Positions 50,656-62,500 of a stretch of 64,000 nt of DNA are shown here, in pieces. The notes beneath the pieces are model-generated. The model did not search any database. It was not told the DNA's origin and saw nothing but the letters and a program-made list of their open reading frames with translations. The position numbers were made by a program, and so were the translations under genes. Each line of letters opens with the position of its first letter. Positions within the stretch are counted from its first letter, which is position 1. The stretch comes from Cyanophora paradoxa CCMP329 (Eukaryota; Plantae; Glaucophyta), in the NCBI GenBank assembly GCA_004431415.1, contig QPMI01000572.1, positions 1-64,000 on the forward strand, given 5' to 3'.

Positions 50656-51087
50656 GGTGCTGGGTGCAGAAGGGGAGGGGAGAGCGAGCGCCAAGCTTCT
50701 GGTGGCCGCGCTGACGATGACGCGCGCGGCTGCACGTGAGCGGGCGCCCCCCCGGCCCGGCCGCTCGCACGGCCTCGCCGGTGCGCACCGCGACCGGGGT
50801 GCGGAGACTCTCAGAGCTAGAAAGAGCGATGGGGAGAGAAAGAGTGGAGACAGAAAGAGCGACTCTGGGCGAGCTAGAGCCGGCTTATTCTAACTTAAAC
50901 CGGGTGGGACGTCGACAGAAGCACCGAAGCGCCTAGAGCGGGAAGCCGCGCGCGGTCGCGGGATGCGTAATGCAGGTACCCGGCCCTGGCCGCACGACCT
51001 CCGTGAAAAACGCACACACCCACACTGCGCTTGTGGCTCAATGGATTAGAGCATTGGACTTCTAATCCAAAGGTTGCGGGTTCGAGT
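50656..51087 (+). repeat. Direct repeat copy 2 (432 bp), continuous with the intact tRNA
   Basis: Near-identical to 48502-48932. Confidence 0.95.
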
Positions 51088-51100
51088 CCCGCCAGGCGCG
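51027..51100 (+). tRNA. trnR-UCU: tRNA-Arg, anticodon UCU, intronless
   Basis: Cloverleaf: acceptor GCGCTTG/CAGGCGC, D-arm GCTC-AATGGATTA-GAGC, anticodon arm TTGGA-CT[TCT]AA-TCCAA, T-arm GCGGG-TTCGAGT-CCCGC. No encoded CCA. Confidence 0.97.
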
Positions 51101-52315
51101 TTTCAGACTTGGCCGACGGCGGACGCTCTGGGGCTCCGGCTCCTCGAGCTGGCCAAAGCGAAGTCTCGGTCCACCAGCCAGCCCGCGAGCATCGCGGGTG
51201 TCTCAAAAATGGGACGCCGGGGCCGCTTTTTGGAGCGAGGGCCCCCCGCGGCCGGGCCCTGCCGGGCTATCCGGCTGCGGGGGCTGCCAGGCTGATCATG
51301 ATCATGAGGGCCGGCCGTCTCCATCCCGCAGGTACAAAGAGTGCGGCACTGCAGCTGGCTTGAGAGCCTCTCGGCCCCATGTTTAGCTGGCGCCGGCGCA
51401 GCTGCACATGCAGGGCCCTCGCGATCGCAGCCTTAGAGTCGCAGGGCCTGGCTCAGCGGCGCCGGCTTGGGGCCCGGTCGCTAGATGACTAGACTAGATG
51501 AATTGCACACGTAAATTCACAGAAGATCCAGAGTCAAGTGATTTTCGTTGAAAAGGAATAGGCTCCGTCTCTACAATGCGGGCAAAGGCTGGAGGGCCCG
51601 TCTTTGTCTCAAGACTCTGCAAGTAGACTACGATTGAAAATCCTCTTTTCAAACTGAAAATAGCTGTACAACTAGACAAGGCCGCAGGCCGGGCTCAGCG
51701 GAATCGGAATCGATCTCGAAGCGCCTCGCGTAGCTACGGGGACACGCAGTTTAGCAAGGGGATCGGCAACTTATGGAGCGCTACACGGAGGGGAAACGAA
51801 AGGATTTCTTCGATCGCGTCTCCTCAGGCCTCAAAGGTAGCTTACTAAGTTTATCTGCAACATAACTTGCGTGTCGCCGGAAGGACTACGAAGGGTCCGA
51901 CGGTCCTGCCAGGCTGACCGGGCCGACACGACGTAAACAGACCTAATCTCGCAGTAGCACACAGGATGGAGATTCGTAATTGAAGCAGTATTTGTAATAG
52001 GGCGGAAAGTGGAGAGGTACGCTAAGCGAGGACAGCAGGGGCGTATTACTTACATGGCTCAGTACTAGTAGTAAAAATACGTAAACCTGTGTTCTTATGG
52101 GATGACGTCATGGCTGGACGTCGGGGTCTACAGGGGACAACATTATACATGGCCAACATTATGAGGGAGCACTCGGACCGCGCCGCGGCCGGCGGCGGGG
52201 CGTTGAAAGGAAAGGATGCATGCAGACTCTCAGCATAGAAATGGAGGAGAAGGAGATGGAGGCGGGTGGGCCGAGGCGGGCCCGGCCGGCGCGAAAGGCG
52301 GGGCGGGCGGGGGCC

Positions 52316-53493
52316 TCAGTCGGCGGACGGCATCGCGTACGCGGGGGCTGGAAGGGGGCTGGCCCGGGGCCCCAGGAGGGTGAGCTCCGGGGGCGGGGCC
52401 GCCCGCCACGAGGCCGACGAGCGGGGGGAGCAGGCCGGCGAGCGCCCGCACAGGAGCCGCGGGGTGCACGGGGCCCGGGACGGGGGCGCCGCCGCCGGGC
52501 GGGCCACGGGGCAGGGGCTCGCCGGCGGGGAGGGCGCCGGGGAGCGCAGGGCGGCGCGGGGGGTACAGGAGGCGCTGGGGAGGCGGGAGCGGAGCGCCTC
52601 CTCGAGGTCGTCGGGTACGACGACGACGTTCCGGCGCTTGTTCACGGGGAAGGGGTACCCCGTCTCCACGACCGAGTCGGAGGCGGCGCGGGGGGTGCAG
52701 CCGGCCGAGGGGGGGAGGGAGGGGGTCGAGTCCGGGGAGCGCCGGTCCTGCTGCAGGAGGGCGAGGAGCCCTTCCGCGAGGGAGGGGCGGGCGCGCTTCC
52801 GGATCCCCCGCTCCTGCACCTGGTCGAGGGGCCGCCGCGTGAGATTCGATCCGCGAAGGGGCGGGGGCGGCGCCTCACCTCGATCGTGAGCTCGACTCGG
52901 GCGGGGGTCGTCGGGACCACGGCCTCCGGCTCCTCGCCATCGCCCTCCGAGGAGGCGGTCGGGCTGCGGGGCCGCCGGCCGTCGGGTCAGGCGCGCCGCG
53001 GCCGCCGGAGGGAGCGAGGCGAAGGCGGGCGCGGGGCGGACCTGATCGAGGGCACCGGCTCCAGCGCGGCCGCGCGTGCGCGGGGCTTGTCGACGGGGAT
53101 CGAAGGAACGGCTGGATCGCGAGTGAGCTCAAGGGAACCGCGAGCGATCGCGACCCGGCGAGCTCGAGGGGGGCGCGCGCACCGGCGGGCAGCGCGAGGG
53201 GCGGAAGATCACCGAACGCGTCTGGCGCCTTGCTCTCGCCGGGTGGATCCACAGAATCCAGCGTGAAGAACTGAGGGGCCAGCAGAAGGGGTCGAAGGGC
53301 CGCATCCGATGGGCCGGCGCCCTTCCCGACGGCGTCGGATGGGACGACGGCCCCGTCGACAAGCTTGTACGCCTTCTGCTCGGCGGGGAACAGAGGCGTC
53401 GGACGGTGGCGGGCAAGCCGGCGCGCGACCGCCGATGTCGCAAGACGAGCGTACCATGAAGAAGGGCGCCTGGTGGGAGCCTCCTCTGCACAT
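52316..53493 (-). CDS. Hypothetical multi-exon protein
   Basis: Exon pieces QKAYKLVDGAVVPSDAVGKG, PTTPARVELTIE|VQERGIRKRARPSLAEGLL...AMPSAD*; start uncertain. Confidence 0.45.
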
Positions 53494-54234
53494 CTTCGGC
53501 GTGTTTGACGGCTGCAGAGCTGCTGCGGGGCTGACCGCCAACACACTTGGCGGCTGAGGTCACCGGAGCCTCGGAGAAAGAGGCGACTCACAGTTGAGGC
53601 GCGCGATCCAGTTTTGGGCGCTGGACAGTCCAGACCAGGCGCCTCGCTTCCGCTTGCAGAATCTGGCGCGCTTGGGCGATTGCTGCACCGCAACTGCGCG
53701 GCGCTCCTTCCGAAGTTCGGCTGTTGAGCTCGCTAGCAATGAGAGCCAGCCGAACGGAAGATGCTGATGAAGAACACTGCGGCCGCCGAGCGCGCGATGT
53801 GGCCTAGTAGCCTAGTAGCTGATGAGCTACCGTGGGGCGCGCGGAGAGTCTGAGAAACCATGCACGGCTGGGAGCAGTCGTCGGCGCCCGTCGCATCCGC
53901 CTTTCGTACCCGACGGTGGCGAGTCACTGGCGACTGCAGCGCACGCCGCGCCACTGCGGGAGCAGCTAAGATCCGGATCATCGGATGAAGCCGCCTTTGA
54001 AGCGCCGAGCGTTTCTCGCGTAGTTGAAGATTCTGTTACGTCGACGTCGCGATCGGCACGGGGCTCAACTGCCGCTTAAGCCGATTCAGTATCGGTTGGA
54101 GCAAGGTGGGGCTGAGTCACGCACATACCGGAAAAGAGCCGAGTTCGGCGAACTTCGGCCGCCGTCACTTTCATCGAGCGGTGTTCGCAATCTTCACGTG
54201 GTGCAGGCTCCGTGCAGGCTCGGTGCAGCTGGTG

Positions 54235-54830
54235 CTTTCAAGTTTTGTTTTTAAATTTGAGTATTTTTTTTTGAGAGACTACGGTGGGGCGAACCCCCCG
54301 TAGGTAGTGATATTAAAGACAAATTTGTAGCTAAACTTAAACTTTGCAAAAAAATTGAAAAGTCCGACGGTCGCGATCGGGGGCCTTGCCCATGGCATGG
54401 GCGGCGATGGGCCACGGCCCACGGCCCACGCCGTGACGGACCCCGCGGCCCCCGCCGGGCCGCCCCGGCGGCCCGGCCCCCAGGCTCCCCACCAGGAGCC
54501 GATCGCGAGGCCTGGCAGGAGGGGTAGCTATAGGGCTGATCATGAGTCCGCCACCCGCGGCCGTCCCCCCCCATCCCCCCACACCCCCATCCCCCCACCA
54601 CACCCCATACCACCCATGGCCACCCCCTTTCAAATTCAGGCTTGGCGCGGCCCGGCGGCCCTCGAGCTCGGGCCTCGCGATCGCCCCCCGTCCGCGTCGG
54701 TCCGACGGTCTCGATCTCGAGCTCGAGCTCCCGCGGCCGCAGCGCGCGGCCAGCGCTCGAGCCCCCCCGGGGCCGGGACCGGACCTGACAAGCGGCTTGG
54801 CCGTTCTAGATCTTATAATTAAGCCTTGAA
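54235..54830. mobile_element. Possible non-autonomous element remnant (AT island with GC hairpin, short repeats, C/A low-complexity tract)
   Basis: Hairpin CTACGG-T-GGGG-CGAA-CCCC-CCGTAG at 54279-54303 within T/A runs; GTCCGACGGTC(G/T)CGATC repeated at ~54362 and ~54700; no coding signal. Confidence 0.3.
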
Positions 54831-55202
54831 GCTTGCTACGCGATCATGGATCGGAATTCGAATCATTGCGATCGCCGAGTCGGATCGTTGAGTGCAAATT
54901 GAATTCTAATTAAATATGAGCCCGAGCGGCGCGCACACTGCAGCTGCATGCGCATGCGCAGGCTTCATGAATTCAGCCTGGCAGCACGGCGCGGCCCCCG
55001 CAGCGCTGACTGCCGCATGCGCAGACTCTGAGACTGTCGCCTTAATTTAATCAATTTCTGCATTGAGCTCAGCGGCTGAAGTTCCAAACAGCTGCAAACA
55101 AGTCCTCTGGATTTCTTTAAATCTGTCTAGATCTAGATCGATAAACAGTAATATTAGTTCAGGGGCCGACGCATCAGTGACGATGCATATGCATATAGCT
55201 AT

Positions 55203-58200
55203 CTAGGGAATAACAGTGAATGTGTTGTCCGAGAGGGTAAGCCCCGCGGACGCCCCGTACGAGTAGCGCCCGCGTGGGGGATACAAGTGCAGGGGCCATC
55301 CGGGTGCATTTGGGGGAGCGCCGGCCAGGTCGGATCGCGGCTGGCCGTGCGCGTCGGGCGGGCCATCTCCCCCGTGCACGGGGCGGGGGAGGCCGTTCAC
55401 GCTGACGTTGGAGCGCGCCCGGACGGCCAAGGCGGCACTCAGCGAGTCCGGAACGGATGCTGCCGAGCCTGCGACGCTAGCGGGCCCCAATGGCAAGCCC
55501 CCCTCCTTCGAATTCTCGAAGTAGACGCGCTGCAGCCGGCTCCGGGCCTGCTCCTGCGCGAAATTCGACGCGCGAAATCCACTTGCAAGAAAGAGGGAGC
55601 ACCTGGATGCGGCGGCGGCTGGCGGGCCCAAAGTGCACGGGCACTCCGCACTCGCAGTCTGAGTCGAGGAGGTGGCCCGCACTGCGGCACGAGCTCGAGG
55701 CGGCGGCTACCGCTCGAGGTCCCTCCATCGCGTCCCTCTGGTGGCCATGGGCACGGAGCGGAGCCGTGCGCAGGGCCGCCCGCCTGAGCGCGTCGAGGTC
55801 CGAGCGCGGGATGCACTGGGCGCTCCGCAGGGCGGCGTGGACCCGGATGCGGCGGGCGCTCGGCGGGGCGCGGGCGAGGGCGCGGAGGACGGCCTCCGCG
55901 CAGGCCGCCTCCTCGCTCGAGCTCGCGGGGGCGGCGGAGGTCGAGGGCACCCAGTGGAGGTGGAGGGCCCGGGCCCACCCGGGGCCCGGCCGCCCCCCGC
56001 CGTGCCTCCATGGGCACCCGGGCTCGGCGCCGGCGAGGGGGTGCTCGGGTGGGGCTCCCGGGCCGCCGCCCTCGCCCTCGCGATCGCCCCCGCCGGCGTT
56101 GGGGAGCCAGAGGTCGGCGAGGGCGTAGAGGCGGGGCCCCTCCCGCACGAGGCCCACCTCCAGGCGCCCCGGCTCGAGCTCGCGGTCGAGCTCGCCGCCG
56201 TCCAGCCGCACCTGGCGAGCGCGAGATGAAATCAGTACAGTTGAATTCTATTGAAGCTGCATATACTTAAGTGGACGGCGAATTCGCACGTTGATTTCGG
56301 TGGGCGCGATGGAGGAGCCGGGGGAGGCGCCCGAGCTCGGGGTGGACGTGGAAGGCGCGAGCGCGGCGGAGGCGAGGGAGCGCCCGCGGCCCCGGCCGCG
56401 GCCCCGCTCGCCGGGGACCTCCTCCTGCGCGAGGCGCCGTCGGCTTCCGAATGCGCATCCGTTGCAGCGGCTTTGGTTGACCGACCTTAAGCTTCGTTTT
56501 GCGCATTTGCGCGATTCGTTGCTTGAGTGCCGGTATCTTCTTGAAAAGATTTATGACGCTCTGCGCACCACGGGGCCCGGAGTTCGAAAAGAGCGCGATG
56601 ACATTGAAATTTCGAGATAAATATTGCTCATGGAGCTGCATGCGCCGCACCTTTAACAAATCGAATTTGGAGAGGAGCTGATCGAGAATTAAGACCATGA
56701 GCCCGATAAGCGAGGCGAAGAACATCTGGTCGAGCGAAGTGAGTTGAGTTCAGTTCAAATTGACTGGTGGCCATGGGTGGCGCACCATTTGGCCGGCGTC
56801 GAACTTAAGACCGGTCTCCAGAAGCACGACGCAGAGGAATAGCAGCGCCTGCAGAAGCCGGCGCAGGCTGAGGGACCGCCACGGGGGAGGGAAGCCCTAG
56901 CGCGCTGCCGTGAATAAAAACTGAAGCACCTCCTGGCAGAGCACGAGCGTCTCGATGAGCCCGACGAGCCGCGAGATGTGCGGGCGGTAGATAACGTAGG
57001 CGCTGCGCCAGCGAATGCCGGTTAGATTTGGAGAGCCTAAGGGGGCACTCGCAGCTGCAGGCTACGAGGCCTCGGGAGGCGCAGGCTAGGCCCGGCGCAG
57101 CGCACAGGATGGCGAAGACGTCCATGCCGAAGAGCACGGAAGCCTGCCGGAGGCGTTGACGTTTGACGGGATGGCCGCCGTCGTCGGCGGATTCGGAGAT
57201 GATGACGGCGGTGAAACGCGGACCTGAATGAGGGGCCCCCTGGGCGAGGTCGAGTGGATGACCGTGACTCCGTTTGCGGTGCGGGTCGTGGTGAAGACGC
57301 CGATAAGGATCGCCCCCGTCAGCATCTTGAAGAGCTCGAACAGGACGATCATAAACTGCCAGAGAGCTTAAAACCTCAGACTAAGGGATTCCGCGGGAGA
57401 GTTTGCGCTTATCGCACCATGAAGTTATCTCCAGTGTAATTGGAGTAGAGTGGAGCATAGCCTCCTGCGCCGCACGCGTCTCAGAATCGGGTACATTCAA
57501 ACCTCGCGGCAGAAGAAAAAGTTCGAATATCAATACCAGAGAATACGACGGCCTTCTCGCCGTGCTTCTGCTTTGCGGCCTTCCACGTTCCTTGCATCAG
57601 CGCCGCGTCAATCTGGAAGCTCGGTCATCAAAGACGGCGGCAAATTTAAAGCAACGACGACCTCGGGTCTCTAGCTTATTTTACAATCGCGATAGGCATG
57701 AGCAGCGAACCCGAGCAACCCCCTCGGCGACCTTGTCAAAGAAGCGGACCAGATGGAACCGTAAACGAGCGAAGAAGCCAAGCGGGACTTCGAGACGCCT
57801 GCATCTCGTGATTAGAACTTTCAGTCATGAATCTGACCTATAGCTAGAGACAGCGCGCGGCCAGGCCGAGCTTGTACCGGTCCTTCTCGTCGAGTCTTTT
57901 CAGTGCCTCATCAGAAGGAGATCGGAGCTGCGCATGCCCCCCGCAGTTTTAATCAAACCTGCGAGGCTTGCATATGCAATGAAGCCAAGAGACGAACGGA
58001 TGTGAAGAATGAAGGTGCCATCTCAAAATAAATCCACTGCGCAAGTCGCAGTCATGGTACGGTCATTTTATGATAACTTAATTTCGACGAGCTGCAAGCG
58101 CAAACGTTCGCGATGTCGATATCTGAGAGCGTTAACGCACCGATTTCTTGTGGACCCGCGAAAAAACCCAGTACGTGATACAGATTGTAGTCATCGCGAC

Positions 58201-59467
58201 GGTTCCCTGAAACTCAGTCAGTAAACAGGACCGACTAACCGGTCGCTATCAAGGTGGCCATGGGTAACCCCAAACGCACGAAAGTGACGTAGCCGATCCA
58301 GCGGTAGTCAGGCGAGTTGAGGAGCCGCGCGGCGCTCAAACAGATTGCCTGATGCGTTTCTCAAGTCAGAACACCCTTCGTCAAAGCACCCGGTTTCAGT
58401 GAGATCGCAGAACCTGATGGATCAAGAGGAAGACAGAGAGTTCCATGCGGGGCCAGAGGAAGGTCTCTGGAACGGGCTGTTTCTTGACTCTCTTGAAGTA
58501 GGTCTGCGGTGCAGGTAATCAGCGCTTTCAATTATTCTCGCGTAGTATAAATCCGGATCGCGGACCACGGCGATGAAGTGGACGACGAGGACGAGGGCCG
58601 CCAAGACCGCAGTGAAGAACGCGACGGACTGATAAGAAAGAATAATTTGTGTCAAGAAATATTCATAAACAATTTCAAGGAGCTTGCCTGGAATCGAGAG
58701 ATGTCGTGAAGGCCGGTGACGGATGATGAATCTTCGAGAAGACGCCGGTACGTTGCTTGCACGGTCTGAGCCCTGCTCCGGAGCTCGAGCGTCAGAAGTA
58801 ACATGTCATGGCGGATAACTGGTAGAATTGAATTCCCGCGCACGAAGATGAAGATTCGCCGCCCCCGGGAGAGATGAATGGTTTTGTCGCATCAAAGCCT
58901 GCAGTAGTGTGGCATCACAATTCGCTAGACGCAACCGCTTAATCAAGCGATCCCCACCTGGCCCTTTGTTTTGCAAGACGAAGATAGAGAAGCCGTCGCC
59001 AAGGGCCCGGAAGCTGTCGGGGACCTGCGGGAAGGTCAGCGTCATTGTTATAGCCGTTCGGCCACATGCGAAGTGTTAATGCTGCGAGTTCTGCGCTCTG
59101 CGGCACCTTGTCGGACGCGAGCATGCCGACGAGGACGACCTTCTGGACGTGCTGCACCATGGAAATGGGGCTCGTGTTCTTGTCCGACTGGACGGACGGG
59201 TTGCCCTCCGCTCCGCCCTGCCCGCTCCCCCCGCCGCCGCCGCCGCCCCCGCCCGCAGCCCCGCCCGCGGCGCCGGCGCCCGCGGCCGCTCCGGCTGCAG
59301 CGCCTGCAGCCGCGCCCGCGGCTCCACCACCACCGCCGCCACCTCCGCCCCGCCCCCGCCACCAGCAGCCCCTCCAGCAGCCGCCCCCGCAGCCGCGCCC
59401 GCAGCAGCGCCCGCGGCCCCGCCGCCACCGCCTCCGCCTCCGCCGCCACCGCCACCTCCACCGCCTC

Positions 59468-59516
<49 letters not shown>

Positions 59517-62500
59517 GCCGCCGCCGCCGCCACCGCCGCCGCCGCCGCCTCCGCCTCCGCCTCCTGTGCCGCCCGCGCCGCCGCCCGCAGCACCCGCCGC
59601 GGAGGCTGCACTCGCGGCGACTGCGCCCACGGCGCTCGCGACGACGGAAGCCGCGAGGGCGGCGGCGACGGCTGCGGTTAGGGCCGACGCCGCGGCGGCG
59701 GCGGTCTCCCGCGGGACGCTGTCGATGAGCACGAGCTCCTCGAAGACGACCGTGACGCGCGAGGCGGCAACTGCGGTGCCGCCGCGCTCGTCCTCGACGC
59801 GGAGCTCAAAGTCCCACAAGCCCTCGCCCTGCAGAGCGACGTCGCACCTGCGCCGCACGTCACGTATACGTACTCGTGCTATGTGCAGGTGCAAGAGACA
59901 AACTCGCTAGCGAAGCTGCTTACATGAGCGTCGTGCCGTTTCTGCTCGGCTTCAGCGTTGACTGCATCGGCCCCGCGGTTTGCTTCCACGAGATTGTGGC
60001 GATGTATCTGCCCTCAAATATGAGTTTCGCGGTGGCAACATTAATATCAAAGTTCCTTCGCACCCGTCGCTGTCCAGAGCGGTCGCTCCCAGCCGAACAG
60101 CCGACGTGATGTTTTCGCGCGGTATCGATGAATTCCCCGTGTTCGGGACTACGGTTAGCAATACAGTCTTCTGAAGCCCAAAGATTTGCGGCGACGTATT
60201 CGGTCCTTTCGCAGGGTCGAGCCACACCAGGATTTGCGCGGGCCTTGAGAGTGTGCCCTGCGATTTCGAAGAACAAAATGTATCAATGAGACGAGCTCGA
60301 GCGTGGGCTAGACGGGCTCTCAATGAGAAATCCAAGGAGCTCCTGCGCACCTGCTCGTCGACGGTACGGAGCGTGAACGCACAGTACCCCGACTCGGTTA
60401 CGTTGACGACCAGCTGAGGGGACGAGACGCCCCCCGGGAGGCTGACAGGGCACATGAGCATCGGGGCTGCTATCGTCCAAATGTATCCGGTAACCCGCTG
60501 CGCAGCAGTCAACGTCAGATCCGAAGCGCCCCCAAACGCAGCCGTCGAGCATGAGCACGCGCAAAGCAAAGCAAGCGACGCACGCCATCGAAGTCGCGGG
60601 AATCGATCGCGGTCATCTGCGAAAGGGCGAGGGGCTTAAGTGAAATGCTTTTTCAATGCAGATTCGGGGTATCCAGAACAGATGAATACCGAAAACTGGG
60701 GTCCGCGGGCCCGAATGACAAGCCCGCCGTCCTCTGCGCAAACATCACCGCAAATCACAATTTTACAAACCCCGGAACGCCAATGATTGCGCTAGATATA
60801 CGCGTACCTGTTGTGAAACCGTACGGTCTTAACGGATTTAAAACAGCGATGGGCGCCTCGTTCCCTGCACAGGAAAGACGGAGTTCGAATTAGAACACGC
60901 TGCACGGCTATTTCTATTTCTATGAAAAGGGCGCGAACCGTTTCGGTAAAAGACGGTCGAATTCGCAAGCTGAACCGTGGCACCCCCAAAGAACGCGGAG
61001 AGGGGCGCGCTCGTGAACAGCTGGGAGAGCGCCGCAATCTGCGAATTCGGGTCTTCAATATCAAAGCAGGCGCGAACTTCAGGTCGAAATTAAATGAGAC
61101 GCCTCTTGAGATCTAGGCACGACGCCGCTCTCGATCAGGGAACGCAAGCTGGCGGCCGGCGGGCACCTGGTCGGCCTCCTCGATGGTCAGGGCCGTGACG
61201 TTCACGAGGAGGATGACGGAGCCGGGCCTCGAGTCGATGTAGCCGACCCGCTCCCCCGAGATCGCGAACGACGCCGCCACCTGGGCGGGGCGTCGGTGTT
61301 GCGCGCAGATGACATGCGTCCCGAGGACACGCGCGCGCGCACGGCGTCCTTGACGGCCGCGCGGTACTGGGGGGAGCCGTCGTAGGACGCCTTGAAGCCG
61401 TCGTACCCGGCGTCGGCCCGGATCGTGAGCGCGAGCACTGCCGCGGGCGCCCATCGTCACGCAATCGAAAGCCTAGGGCCGCTGCGCCCAACCGACCTGG
61501 GCTGTACAGGGCTTCTAGCGTGATATTCGAGGAGGCGATGCTCCCTGTTTCTGGGTCCATTACCCGTAGAATGAACCCGTAGATACCGGCCTGCGCAATA
61601 AGCCCCAAGGCCAGCTGTGATCAGATATGATTTCTTGAAGTGCAAAGGCTTCTGGTTTTGAGTATCGACAAAGAAGCTTAAGTGCATCAATACTTGCGTT
61701 TGGAACGGCATCGACGGTCATGTTGTCGGTGTCCGTGCCGAAGAGTGTCAGAGGGGGGCCGCTTGTTTGATTCCTGCGAAAAACGCAAAAACGAAATGAG
61801 AGAAGCACAAAAGCTATGCAATGAATATTTCCCGACTTCGGGGAAAAGCGCACCAGGAGACGAGTAGGCTGCTCGGGTCACCGACACTTTGCGAGCTTTG
61901 AGGGACCGCCCGCGTTCCATTCGGTAAGAGTGCGTGGAACTCAAGGTGCGTTATAGGCATCAGAAGTCTAATCGAGCACGAAACGCCATGACTCAGATAC
62001 AACCTGTACACGGTCCAAGAAGGGACAACGCTGACCTGTGGTTGACCTTTGAATCGAGCCCTCCAGGCGCTGCGCTCACCGCGAGTACAATCTTCGACGA
62101 CGGCGGCCGTTTGTACCTGCAGTATGCGGGTAATTTAGTCTTAGGGTGTTCCGGGTCGGAAAAGCAGGGGGAATCGCCACATGGGGGGGCCGGATTATCC
62201 GCACCGGAAAGCATTCTGCGCCACGGCGTAATGCAAGTCTGACCCAGAGGCGGTAAGGGTGCCATTGCTGGTCCAGTTAGCCATCCCGGCGCTGAACACA
62301 TCGACAGAGCACCTGCCGATGACCATGACTAATAGTTAGCGGCCGCCTTCAAATCTAAGCGCGAAGGCGCGGGGCGCTAAATCTCCTAGGGCTGGCCATG
62401 GCCGCGGCCAGAACGCACCAGATAAGGAAGTCGCTGGGGAATTCGTCGCGGGGCGCCTCGAAGACGATGGCGGTCGCGTTCCGCTCGGTGACGTTGGGGG

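Noticed and set aside
48872-51100. Prophage or genomic island integrated at a tRNA (attL/attR)
   Set aside because: No integrase or viral genes, the insert is host intron-containing DNA, and the duplicated part is the 5' side plus flank rather than a short 3' att core.
59340-59365. Apparent 1-nt frameshift within the Gly linker (GGG GCG GAG instead of GGG GGC GGA)
   Set aside because: It lies in G/C homopolymer runs and is most simply a sequencing or assembly indel; not evidence for programmed frameshifting without read data.
59149-59910. Poly-proline (formin/extensin-like) ORF on the + strand
   Set aside because: It is the antisense of the poly-Gly linker; flanking TM segments and splice sites support the - strand gene.
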